In this document: piece by piece, positions 1-11,134 of the stretch | Position numbering within the stretch: the stretch's first letter is position 1 | Layout: the number at the start of each line of letters is the position of its first letter | Source of the DNA: Felis catus | Lineage: Eukaryota | Length of the DNA: 64,000 nt | Reading direction: 5' to 3' | NCBI RefSeq assembly: GCF_018350175.1 | Contig: NC_058373.1 | Location: forward strand, 116,686,001 to 116,750,000 | Translations under genes and position numbers: made by a program | The notes under the pieces: generated by a model | Told to the model about the DNA's origin: nothing | Databases searched by the model: none | Seen by the model: the letters and a program-made list of their open reading frames with translations, nothing else

Positions 1-99
1 TCAGCACAGAGCCCGACACGGGGCTCAAACCCATGAACTGTGAGGTCATGACCTGAGCTGAAGTCGGACGCTTAACTGACTGAGCTACCCAGGTGCCCC
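1..99 (-). mobile_element. SINEC (CAN-SINE) 5' part, inserted in the 3' LTR
   Basis: Reverse complement of the ggggcacctgggtagctcagtcagttaagcgtccgact head. Confidence 0.95.
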
Positions 100-419
100 T
101 ACTTGTAGCCCATTCTTATGAGTTAAGAAGGGGACGAGGGATCTGGTCCCTAAGGGAGGGAAGACCAGAAGAGCAGATCTTTGGTGAGCAAATGTTTGCC
201 CGGTATGCAGATAAAACTTTTTGATATAAAAAGTTATCTTTGATATTCGTTGTCTTCCTGGTACAGGCCCTTTATCTCCATTCTTTTAGGAGGTTAAGGG
301 AGATGTAAAAGTAAAACAGAACAAGATAAAACCCGTCTTCCTGAGTCTATGGGCCTTGATTGCCTTCAGCTCAACATAATCCACAGTCTTAGAGCCAAAG
401 TGGATTCTGCTCCTCTTCA
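100..419 (-). mobile_element. 3' LTR of the provirus (U3 part; the rest is interrupted by a SINE or lies outside the window)
   Basis: Aligns by eye with ~8830-9146 (shared agaagagcagat, atgcagataa, tgatataaaa, attcttttagg, cctgagtct, ctgctcc); begins TGAAGAGG on the minus strand, preceded by gggaagtttcaaagtgagac. Confidence 0.8.
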
Positions 420-1611
420 GTCTCACTTTGAAACTTCCCTGAGAGGTTTCGCGGTTCAGAAGTTGAGTTGGTAGACTGCTTCATCTCACTGGACCAGTCT
501 GTTAGTCCTGATGGTAGGTCACTTCAGTTAAACTCATTTCAGGCAGGAAATCAGGTATTGGGTAAGAAGCATTTTGTGGAAACAAAAGAAAAGCCATGGT
601 TAATGATGGGAGGGGACTGTCATCTCAGTTTCTGAGTTCTGAGAGTAGCCAGTTGAGATTTCTAGGTGTCAGGTTTGAAGCATCTTCAGATAGAGCAAGG
701 GGAAGCCGGGGCAGTCTGACACAGGTTTTCCTGGTTTGCAGTTTGAATGTGGCTCGTGATCTGAGTGTCCCACACAGCAACCAGAAGGGAGATTTTCTGT
801 ACACACAGGGTCGTGGTGATTTCTCTGCAGTGTGTCAAGTTGATCCACTTCAGCTTGTGTGGCTTCAGGAAGAGGGCAGTGTTGGTTCTCAGTGATTCCA
901 AGTCAGAGGGGTAGGAGAAAAACTGGAAATACTAGTTTGGAGAGTTGTAGCCAAATATTGGAGGAAACTAGGAAGAATTCATGATCTAGTCCATTGTACA
1001 GGTAGAAAACAGAACCTGAAAAACAATGCACAGTGCTAGAAGTTGATACCCACAATGGTATATTACTGAAACATAATTTTTCTCTCTAAATTCACCCCCA
1101 TATTTATCAACGATAATCACAGTAAATCTAATTTGTTTGCTTTAAGGTTGGCCTGATTATTTACATGAGTGCAGCAAGAATAGGGATTGACTATAGACTT
1201 TTAATCGGCTTTGCTGGAACTTTGTATAAGGAATCTCAGATTAGAGTTGTAAAAGCCTCTCACGGCTAGGAAGCCATGCCAAGGACTTACTATTAAATTT
1301 AACCTGTAGTACCTTTAGATTTGGGTTAAATCCTTTATTCTTGAAGTCCCCAAAGTACCTTGACGTTTCTGTGCCTGCCAGGGAGTGACATTCTTTACTC
1401 CCCTGGTAAAGCTGCCAAGAACTCTGTAAGCAAGGACCAGGTAGTTTTTACTGGTAGGCTCTGTTGGCTTAATAAAGTTAATCTTCGTTCCTGAAGCTGT
1501 CTGGTCTGGTCATATCTGAGTCACGTGTCTCTTTGAAATATGACATTCTAGTCAAAGTCTTGATGATATAAACAATTTCCAAGTGTAACTTGTTATAAGG
1601 AGAACAGATTC

Positions 1612-1820
1612 TTTTTTTTTTTTTTTTTTTTTTTTTTGAGTTTATTTATCTTAGCACAAGCAGGAGAGGAACAAAGAGACACACACACACACAATCCGAA
1701 GCAGACTCCAGGCTCTGAGCTGTCAGCACAGAATCCGACATGGGGTTCAAACCCAGGAACCATGAGATCATGACCCAAGCTGATGTTGGACATTCAACTG
1801 ACTGAGCCACCCAGGCACCC
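1612..1820 (-). mobile_element. SINEC
   Basis: Head, CT/GT region and poly(A); TSD aggagaacagat(t/g)c. Confidence 0.95.
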
Positions 1821-1836
1821 TGAGGAGAACAGATGC

Positions 1837-2058
1837 TTTTTTTTTTTTTTTTTAATGTATATTTATTTTTGAGACAGAGAGAGACAGAGCATGAACAGGG
1901 GAGGGGCAGAGAGAGAGAGGGAGACACAGAATCCGAAGCAGGCTTCAGGCTCCGAGCTGTCAGCACAGAGCCCGACTCAGGGCTCGAACTCACGGACCGT
2001 GAGATTATGACCTGAGCTGAAGTCGGATGCTTAACCGACTGAGCCACCCACACACTCC
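1837..2058 (-). mobile_element. SINEC_Fc-type SINE, in tandem with the previous one
   Basis: Full SINE; flanked by a further gaaca(g/a)attc-like target copy. Confidence 0.95.
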
Positions 2059-2642
2059 AAGAACAAATTCTTATTGAGCTTATGCAAATAACTATATTGC
2101 CATGAAGATAAGAATACTCACTAAAAGGTTTTGAATTCTGGAGGCATCATGTTAGAAAAAAAGAAGTGTTTTTATCTTTGTTCACAAAGGTATGTTTTAC
2201 CAAATTGCTGATAGCATCAGAGAAGAGGTTTCCTTAAATCTGGAAAAACAAAACATGAGAGGTTGAACAGTGTTTCAAACAGCAAGTAATAAAATTAGAA
2301 CCATCCTCACCTGTTCATTCAGTCCCATGGAATTCATTCTTGTTGATCTTGATCTTTTGTTAGCAATTTTAGGAAGCCATCATTTTCCCCACTGGAGTTC
2401 CATAAATTCGTACCCAGTTCACTAGTGTGATCTTCATGTGATCAGAAACCTGTATTCTAGAGTCCTTGCCAGAATCCTTTCCACGAGTCTCTCTGAAGAT
2501 GAAATGTATTTACAAAACATCAAACAGTGACTCTCTGTAAATGACCAAGACTTAAAACGGCCGTGGCTAAAGGTCTGATGAGAGCTCATTATAATGGTAT
2601 TGACCAGGAAATTTGGTTATTTCTGTGTCATACAACATTTTA

Positions 2643-2868
2643 TTTTTTTTTTTAATTTTTTTTTTCAACGTTTATTTATTTTTGGGACAGAGAGAGACAG
2701 AGCATGAACGGGGGAAGGGCAGAGAGAGAGGGAGACACAGAATCGGAAACAGGCTCCAGGCTCTGAGCCATCAGCCCAGAGCCCGACGCGGGGCTCGAAC
2801 TCACAGACCACGAGATCGTGACCTGGCTGAAGTCGGATGCTTAACCGACTGCGCCACCCAGGCGCCCC
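2643..2868 (-). mobile_element. Young SINEC_Fc
   Basis: CpG-rich; perfect 17-bp TSD tgtcatacaacatttta (2626-2642 / 2869-2885). Confidence 0.97.
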
Positions 2869-3125
2869 TGTCATACAACATTTTAAAATAATCACTAGAA
2901 CTATAAATGATTCTTGTACATTATACCAGAACATACGAGATTTTTAGGAATTTCCTACAATTTTTAGAACACTTGTATTCATAACCCTTACCTGTACAAT
3001 GTAACCTAAGAAAGTTTATCATCACTTACTTAATTTCTTTTTTTTCTTCTTTTCATCCTTTTGAGATGTTCCAGGGCCCTCTGAAAAATCCTAAAGTTAG
3101 TTCAAGGTCACAAAGACTTCCTTTA

Positions 3126-3331
3126 GGGGCGCCTGGGTGGCTCAGTCAGTTAAGTGTCCCAACTCTCGGTTTAGGCTCAGGTCATGATCTTATGGTTTGT
3201 GGGTTGAGCCCCACATCGGATTCTGGGCTGACAGTCTAGAGCCTGCTTGGGATTATCTCTCTCCCTCTCTCTCTGCCACTCCTCCACTTGTTCTCTCTTT
3301 CTCTCTCAAAATAAATAAACTTAAAAAAAAA
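3126..3331 (+). mobile_element. SINEC
   Basis: ggggcgcctgggtggctcag head, (CT)n, A tail; TSD aaagacttc(c/a)tttag. Confidence 0.95.
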
Positions 3332-3769
3332 GACTTCATTTAGAATATGATCTTGGGTAAGTTTGTCAAAACATCAAAAGCTTTGAACATAAGACTAAAT
3401 AAGATCAGGGATCATTATGAAATAATGCTTAATTATCTATTTAACTGAAGTGACAATAGAAGAATTTAAAGGCAAATACAGAAGGTTACATAATTGTGAA
3501 TAAGATGTATCTCTTTTCATATTCAGAAGATTGGGTTTTCTTAAGTAATCAAAGACCTGATAAAGACAGCGTGAAGCACCATAAATTATTTTGGTAAGAC
3601 ACAAAATCTTTGCTTTCTAAGCAGATTTACCTAAAAGGTAAAGAAATTTTCACCATCTGTTACCAATAGCAGACCAAAAGTTCAAGAAAAGGTTGTCCTT
3701 TTAACAAAGACATAACCACATTCTGATTTTGCACCAGTGTACTTTTGATATTAAAATTCATTCTTAATT

Positions 3770-3997
3770 GGGGCGCCTGGGTGGCTCAGTCGGTGGAGCG
3801 TCCGACTTCGGCTCAGGTCATGATCTCACGGTCGGTGAGTTCAAGCCCCACGTCGGGCTCTGTGCTGACAGCTCGGAGCCTGGAGCCTGTTTCAGATTCT
3901 GTGTCTGCCTCTCTCTCTGCCTCTCCCCCACTCATGTTCTCTCTCTCTGTCAATAATAAATAAACATTAAAAAAAATTAAAAAATAAAATAAAAATA
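3770..3997 (+). mobile_element. SINEC_Fc-type SINE
   Basis: Full SINE; TSD aaaattcattctt. Confidence 0.95.
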
Positions 3998-5395
3998 AAA
4001 TTCATTCTTAATTAAATCTGTTCCATTCTTAGCCCGCTTGACCATATATAAAACTTCCTTTCCCAAGATTCTTTTTCCATAAACCTTCTACAGCTTTTAT
4101 TTTTTATCTCCATTCAGATTTTGTCTAGATTTTTTCCTCTTTTTCCTCTGAAATAACTAGCTTTACTTTAGGACAAAATTTCTTTCTTTTCCCTCAATGA
4201 ACTGTATCTCCACTCCCCCTCCCCTCCATACCTTTGCTTACCAAAAACACACATCTTACTTTTCTTGCATATGAGATATTTCCGTCATTATTTTTAGGGG
4301 CGTTAGTTATATATATTAGGATTTCAGACCCTTAAAAACTTAATTTCTGGTGAAAATAAAGAAGTGAACAAGTGTGGGTTACTGGCAAGTTTGTGAGTAC
4401 ATCTTATAATTTCTAGAATGATAAGCTTCCTGATAATAAAGGCTTTCATTATGGCAGAAGACATGCTAACACCCAAATTTATCTTCAGTTTCTCCATAAT
4501 AAGGCAAAAGTAAGTAAACCTGTGTTCAGTAACCATTGTTCAGTATTTTATCTTATTCGGAAGTAATCTAGAAGTTCAGAGAACTTCTGTCAGTTAACTT
4601 AGCAAAACTAATGGTGGACATTACCGAAGACGTGGGAAACTGTTTTTGAGTAGATACACCATAAAACATAATTATTGCTAAAAACTCTTGCCCGCTTACG
4701 TTTATTTAATTGATTTGTTTTTAACAAGCATATTTAGATTACTTACAAAGATTTTATAAGAGATTAAATGAGTTAGCCATCATCTTTAGTTATTTTTCTT
4801 GAGGGCAAATTTTAACAGACATACCGTGAGCTTATTTGGCTTTTAGTAAAGCTGGGTAGAATGGAAGCATTATACTTACTGCTGACATGTCTGTGTTAAT
4901 TAAACCAACAAACTTAAATTAACTCTTATTTACCAAAAATTATCCTGGATCGTGTGAACTTAAAAAAAAACATTTGGGTTAGTTTCTATCATATTTCTGA
5001 GATTTAGAAATGCTTAATTTGATAAGCACTTGTCTTTGGGCCAGTTAAATAGAGCTCTTTACAAATTAATTCTGGCTATACCATCTGGTGGCAGAAAAAT
5101 ATCACATATGTATAACATACATTCTTAGACATACGTAAACACACAGACACAAACAGAGATCCTCCTACAGCGTCTGTTCTAAAATTTTAGCTATGAATCA
5201 GGTGCAACACAAAACTCACTGTTTGTAAATAATTGTGTCTCTGGCAGAGGAACCAGTTAAGGTCACCCACGTTAAAGTTTTTTACTAATATTTTGCGAAG
5301 AAGACTTTTAAGGTTTATGTTTGTTTTTGATAAGTAATCTCACAGAGCCAATGGAATAGATTGGGCAAGGGAGCCTTTATAGCAATTTGTATTTT

Positions 5396-5626
5396 TTTTA
5401 TTTATTTTTATTTATTTTTTTAATGTTTATTTATTTTTGAGACAGAGAGAGACACAGCATGAGCAGGGAAGGGGCAGAGAGAGAGAGGGAGACACAGAAT
5501 GTGAAGCAGTCTCCAGGCTCTGAGCTGTCGGCACAGAGCCCGATGCGGGGCTCGAACTCACGAACTGTGAAATCATGACCTGAGCCGAAGTCGGATGCTT
5601 AACCAACTGAGCCACCCAGGCGCCCC
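5396..5626 (-). mobile_element. SINEC_Fc-type SINE
   Basis: TSD tatagcaatttgtatttt (5378-5395 / 5627-5644). Confidence 0.96.
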
Positions 5627-5645
5627 TATAGCAATTTGTATTTTA

Positions 5646-5873
5646 TTTTATTTTTTTTAATTTTTTTTTCCAACGTTTATTTATTTTTGGGACAGAGAGA
5701 GACAGAGCATGAACGGGGGAGGGGCAGAGAGAGAGGGAGACACAGAATCGGAAACAGGCTCCAGGCTCTGAGCCATCAGCCCAGAGCCTGACGCGGGGCT
5801 CGAACTCACGGACCGCGAGATCGTGACCTGGCTGAAGTCGGACGCTTAACCGACTGCGCCACCCAGGCGCCCC
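5646..5873 (-). mobile_element. Young SINEC_Fc inserted in the TSD of the previous SINE
   Basis: Perfect TSD gcaatttgtatttta (5631-5645 / 5874-5888). Confidence 0.97.
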
Positions 5874-6079
5874 GCAATTTGTATTTTAAAAAGCACGCCC
5901 CACACACCTTTTCCCCTCCATCTTAGGAGACTGTGGACTGTGTTTTAGTTATCTGCGGGGGTGTTTACATTTTAAAGACATGGTAAGATTTACATCTTCA
6001 AGGGACAGGGAAAGAATGTAAGTTTTCGCCCTTTGGGATATATTTGTCTAGAGCAATTACTATTGTAAGTTTTTACTTT

Positions 6080-7800
6080 TTGTCACGTGCAGGACAGCTT
6101 TGCTTCATTTTTTACAATATCTGCTCACGTCTGAAGGAAACAGGGAAGGATCTGAATGGATTTTGAGTTGCTCTCAGAGTCATGCTTTCGGTTCCTTAAA
6201 GATGCAGGTTGCAAATCAAGAATTGTTGATTTTTGAACCCTTTTGCTCTTGCGTTCTGCGAGGTGTCTTCAAAGGATTGGGTGGCTGCTTCTAATAATGT
6301 TTAGAGGGTGACTGGCCTAGCTGAGCAGGTTATTTTGAATTTGTTTCTTTTTAAACTGTGGAGAGAATGTCTTACTACGGTGGAAATGAAAAGATTTCTG
6401 TGTCCTGGAACTTCAGGGTTTAGTGAAGTATGCCTTTCAAAAGTCTATTAAGTGTTCAGCAAAGGCCTTCAGATGCTCTCCTTTCTGTGTGCACAACTTA
6501 ACCTTAGACCAGTTCACCTTAGAGAGAAAAGCCTCTACTAATGCTTCTGTTAGCCCCTGAATATCAGCCCCAGCTGAGACATTTGCAGGAGGCCTGGGAG
6601 AATTTCAGGCCATCTGTTTTTTTGTGAGGGTTTTTTGTCCCCCACGGGGCCCTGGCTTGTCTGATAACTATAGCATATTCATGGGTGGGAAGAATACTTC
6701 TTAGCAGCTAAACAAGGTCCTTGTGAGTGGAGCTGTGAGTGGCCATTCACCTTAATTTCCCTTTAAGTTCGATAGGATCTTCTGAGAGTGGAGCTAGATA
6801 GGCTTTATGACTCAGAAGATGTTGCTGTGTGTGGGACATGAATTCTTCGGGTTGGGGGAGCCTAGGATAGATCCCCAAGGGACATTACCTAGGAAGGCCT
6901 GAAACCTGTAGAACTTAATTATAGAGCCCAGCAAAGCAAGCCTCACTGTAGTCTGGGTGCTTCCGCTAAATTCACTTCCTGGCTTCCATCGTTCCCCTGA
7001 GTAACGTGTATACTCTGGGCCTAGAGATTAGGCTGGTGTGCTCTTTGTAAATCTTGCAGGGGAAGAGAAGCCAAAACCGGCAACCAGGTATTCAAGGGAT
7101 TTTTCTAAAGAGGGTGGAGGGGTTTTGGAGCTAAGGGAATTTGCTGAGGAGATGGGGCTGGATTTTAAGAAAGGATTTATTTTGGATGTTGTGAATGTTA
7201 GTTTTCGTTCTGAGTCTCATTTCTGTTCTTTCATCTAATTAAGGCAGACTCTGAAGTTAGCCATTGTATTCCTTTGTGTTCTCTTTTTGTGTCTTTCCGT
7301 AGGTACCCGTAAGACAATTGTTGAGGATGAGAGTGCTCTAATTTTTTTTTTTTTTTTCCTATCAAATATAGCCAGTTCAAAGGATCCATCATCTGGCCAT
7401 TGATGAGTAGGGTCTTACATTCATCTCTGTAGTGACACAAACTAATATGCCTTTTTATGGCTTAACCATGGAAGCAAGAGGTGTCCCAAAAGAGGGTGCA
7501 AAAGATGCAGCCCTTGGGGTTCCTGGGGTGGCTTAGTCAGTTCCGGGTCCGACTCTTGATTTCAGCTCAGGTCGTGCTCTCATGGTTCGTGAGATAAAGC
7601 CCTGCATCGTACTCTGCGCCAGCGTGGCATTTCGGAGCCTATCTGGGATTCTCTCTCTCTGCTCTCTCTCTCTCTGCCCCTCCCACGCATGCACAGGCAT
7701 GCGCACACGGACACACGTGTTCTCTCCCTCTCTTTCAGAATAGATGAATGAACTTAAAAAAAGAGAGAGAGATGCAGCACTTAGCAGAGTTCTTTCCCAG
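6080..7800 (-). pseudogene. gag: Decayed gag (MA to NC) of the provirus
   Basis: Minus-strand translations: LGKNSAK and GTPLASMVK (MA N-terminus-like), QWPDDGSFELAI at ~7365-7405 (cf. MLV MA WPRDGTF), a Pro/Ser-rich stretch at ~7105-7180, and DVSRYCKK*..SCP at ~6085-6135 (broken CCHC knuckle); many stops and frameshifts. Confidence 0.6.
7516..7768 (+). mobile_element. Older SINEC interrupting the gag 5' end
   Basis: Diverged head, CT tract, A-rich tail; TSD agatgcagc. Confidence 0.9.
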
Positions 7801-8579
7801 AGTTAGCCTAGGAAAGGGAAGACCTTCTTTTTCCCAGGCAGTAAAAATGGTATAGTGGAAGAAATGAGACATGGGAATCTGTGGCACAGGGTAGGCACTA
7901 CCAGAATGGGACTTTTCCAGCACTAACAAGACCATGAATGTTGAGAAGGCAAAGGCCCCGTATGGACTAGGACCCCTTATGTCAAACTCCTGAGAGCTGG
8001 CATCACCGGACAAAGAGGATGCTGTTTGTGACTTTGTGTCTTGGAATCCCGGTGTGTTTGACTAGCCCCCAGATGCACATCGGTACCTATACCTTCTGGA
8101 TGGTGGAGACCAGAGAGAACATTCTCACTGGTCACAGAGACAAGCTCTCAGGGCATGGAGCAAGACGAAAAAAAACCTCAGCTGGTTTTTACACAGGGCA
8201 CTCAGAGCAAGGTTTGTCTAAACAGACCCTAGTCTGATGAGAACTGTGAACTCATCGGTCTGTGAGGCTGCCTTGAACGACAGGCTTACAGGATCTGTGC
8301 CTGCATTCTGCCTTATGGATTTCTCCTTATGACAAACGGTGCAGAAGACAGAGACAAAAGAAACCAGTGATCATCTTTGAAAGGAAGGGGATCAATAGAA
8401 AACAAGAGTACTCATAAAAAGTCATTACTGGAGTTGCTATACCCAAGGAACTAATTCACACAGAATTAGTATTTTCTCCTGCTGATCTGAATTTAGAAAA
8501 AGAAAAAGACTCCTACTACTCTCAATTCCACATGACCCTGCAGGTGGAGACCCAGGAGACGAGTGTGTGTGATAAGCAT

Positions 8580-8588
8580 TCTTACCTT
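8580..8588 (-). promoter_or_regulatory. Proviral leader splice donor AAG|GTAAGA
   Basis: Consensus 5' splice site about 75 nt downstream of the PBS, the usual position of a retroviral major donor. Confidence 0.55.
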
Positions 8589-8660
8589 CTGCTGGCTCCT
8601 GTCAGAGGTCCCAGGATTCTCAGCTTCAGCAACCCCAGAGTGTGTAAGCCCTAGTGGAGA

Positions 8661-8678
8661 GCCCCACTTTGGGCGCCA
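8661..8678 (-). promoter_or_regulatory. Retroviral primer-binding site, tRNA-Lys1,2 (CTT)
   Basis: Minus strand TGGCGCCCAAAGTGGGGC is 17/18 identical to canonical TGGCGCCCAACGTGGGGC and sits directly after the LTR end. Confidence 0.9.
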
Positions 8679-8682
8679 AAAC

Positions 8683-9146
8683 TGCAGGGGAGGAAAATTT
8701 TCCCTTCTTTCCTTCTAGGTTCTTTGGCTAGTGTAATAATTAAATTGACATAAGACAGATGAACAGGAGAAAAACAAATTTAATTTTAGAGCCCTAAATA
8801 TATGAGAGGCTCCTTGGCAGTCAGGGAATTGGGACTTATATTCCATTCTTCGGGGCTAAGGAGAAGGGCACAGGGGTCTAGAGTCCCCAACTAGGGAACA
8901 CAGATTCCAGGAAGATGAGAAGAGCAGATGTTTGCCGGGCCATGCAGATAAGTCTTTCTGATATAAAATGTTATGTTTGCTATTGGCTCCCTTCCTAGTC
9001 AGACCCTCTATTGAAATTCTTTTAGGTAGTTAAGGGGGAGGGGGGAAAACAGCCAACTCTCCCTGAGTCTGTAGGCTCAAATAACCTCAAAATAACCCAC
9101 ATGGCAAAATGGCATATTTCAGGGTCACATACTCTGCTCCCCTTTG
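8683..9146 (-). mobile_element. 5' LTR of the provirus
   Basis: Ends ...CCCCTGCA on the minus strand 4 nt before the PBS; TATAAG at 8835-8840 and ATTAAA at 8779-8784 on the minus strand; similar to the LTRs at 11135 and 26556. Confidence 0.85.
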
Positions 9147-9685
9147 CTAATTTAATAGTTATAAGTATACAGAAGATTACTTAGGTAATTTGATGGTCAG
9201 AAAATGATGACTACTTCATTTTTGCTTTAATGCATATTTCTTTATTGTTAATGAGGGTGAGCATTTCCACCTGTAAAGTTTAATTTTGAGTTTGTATTTT
9301 TTTAAATTTGTATCCATGTTTTATATCTCATTTATCAGTCTTACAAAAGATGTAACAGAGATACCTATCTTAGACTGTAGAATTTCCAAATCGTCATCTT
9401 TTTAAACCATATGTGCAGAGACATTCCCACTAGTCTGGTGGCTTTTGCCAGTGTGATGCTTTAAATCCTTACAAATCTTCTAATGCTAAATGGACTTTTT
9501 CTCTCCTTGTTACATAGAAATTTGCAGGAAAACCTAGTAACTTTTTTTCTGTGCTGACTAGTTTCACTGTAGTAGTAGTACAAGTTACTCTCTTACATGT
9601 AACAATTCGAGGAAAATTTTGCTGTTGAATTGTGCCAAATATTTTTTTTCTGCCTTTGCTTTTTATTTTGAAATGCTTTTAACAG

Positions 9686-9820
9686 GTAAGATAAAAGTTA
9701 AGTGATTTAGATACGCTGTAGTAACTGGTCGATGAAAAATGGCCTTTGAGAACTTGTTTCTAGTATTTCCACTTTCAATAATTCAGAGACACATCCTTCT
9801 GTTTCTACCTTAACCAGTTG
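9686..9820 (+). other. Candidate recursive-splice (RS) site and 135-nt RS-exon of the host gene
   Basis: About 70-nt AG-free pyrimidine-rich tract, then ttttaacAG|GTAAGA; downstream donor TTG|GTAAGT at 9821. Confidence 0.4.
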
Positions 9821-10469
9821 GTAAGTAGCCTAGTTTCCCAGGCAGTGTAAGTTGATTTTGATTGATGTTGTTGGTTGGTTTTGCTATTGATTAAATTAGC
9901 TTACAGGGACTTTGATCTCTGCAGTGCTAGTGTCTTCACTGAGTGAATTTTTGTTGCTATCTCTGCACCATCCACATACTTAAAGCCTTCTTGAATGTCT
10001 TACTTCCTGAACTTACCTTTCACTTACTGTTACCTTTCTTTTACTGTTTTGAATTGTGGGCATTTCCTAGAGTTTTCATCCATAGTCGCTGTCTTCTCTT
10101 ATACATTCCTTTTTGTGAGCTCAACCCTCTTCCAGTTAACCTATTTCAAACCCACCTTAAGCCACACTTCAAGCTCTGTCTCTGGTGAACAGCCAGAGAC
10201 CCATATTTTCAACCCCTTTCTTGACTCTGTTTCTTTCATCAGGTTTGCAAGCTTAAGTGCCTGGCCAACAATGTCAATGAGTAAAAGCAGGCCTCAGGGT
10301 AAGAAAAAATATTTTTCTACACTAAGAAAAACAGCAGAGTAAGTGGAGTGATAAATAGCCCTTGACATAGGCCCAGGGTCAGGAAGACAGAATTGGGGAC
10401 AGTGGGGAGGGGAGATCACAGGCCCCATGCAGGCTGTTTGGCTCTGGCCATTTGGTGCCATGTGGGAAT

Positions 10470-10645
10470 ATGGGCCCAAGGTTCCCCGGTCTTCTAGTTT
10501 TTGAAGAAAAGTGTAAATGAGGATTTGCTTGTTAAACTGTCTGAAATGTAAAGGATGGGCTGAATTTTTTTAAAACACTGCGTTGGCCAAAAAAAACATG
10601 TCCGTGGACCAAGTTCAGTATATAGGCTCCTAGTTTATAAGCTCT
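10470..10645. mobile_element. hAT-Charlie MITE fragment (MER3/MER33-like)
   Basis: aaaacactgcgttggccaaaaaaaacatgtccgtggacc...agtttataagctct resembles the recalled MER3-type end. Confidence 0.5.
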
Positions 10646-11134
10646 TTTTGTAAAGGCGCTTTATGAGCTCTGTGTTATTATCAAGCACTCCCCTGTCTGT
10701 CTCCCATTCTTCCTTTCTGTCTCTGTTCCTCTAACGGGAGAACCATCTACCCAGATATTCAAGTGAGGAACTTCCAAATCGTCATTGACACCTTCTTACC
10801 TCATTGCTTCTTTATTTTGGAGAGGGATCTGGGTCAAGGGAAAAGCTTTTTTGTGAATGAAGGCAGATTTGGACTTGTTTATAGGCAGAAGGGAGGAAGC
10901 CAACGGAAGAGGATAATGGACAGAACCCAGGATGTCCACTGGGGATGGATCCAGGGTGTAGAATCTCTTTTTGTGTGTGTGGATGTCCTATTTCCTTGAA
11001 TTTCTCGAGGAAATTTATCATCTTTGTAGAAACATGTTCTTTGTTTTTTCATTTTAAGTCTTTTTTTCATTGGCATTCTTGAATTTGATCCTTCTTTTCC
11101 ATGTTGCTGAATGTTCTGGAAAGGATAGTGATTA

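Larger units (their letters stand above)
100..9146 (-). mobile_element. Degenerate ERV1-class (gamma-like, MER34/MER4-group-like) provirus with gag remnant, apparently lacking pol and env
   Basis: Two homologous LTRs (100-419 partial, 8683-9146); PBS next to the 5' LTR; purine-rich tract next to the 3' LTR; gag MA and NC-like motifs; AT-rich non-coding remainder interrupted by 8 SINEs. Confidence 0.85.

Noticed and set aside
420..1600. env remnant upstream of the 3' LTR
   Set aside because: I could not find a CxxC, furin site, immunosuppressive domain or CX6CC motif by eye; an HMM search is needed to exclude it fully
2613..2934. Recurrent ORFs such as FFFNVYLFLGQRETEHERG and GAWVAQSVK
   Set aside because: Translations of SINEC copies, not a gene family
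3126..3200. tRNA genes
   Set aside because: A/B-box tRNA-like segments are SINEC heads followed by a CT tract and poly(A); the 8659-8678 match is a PBS
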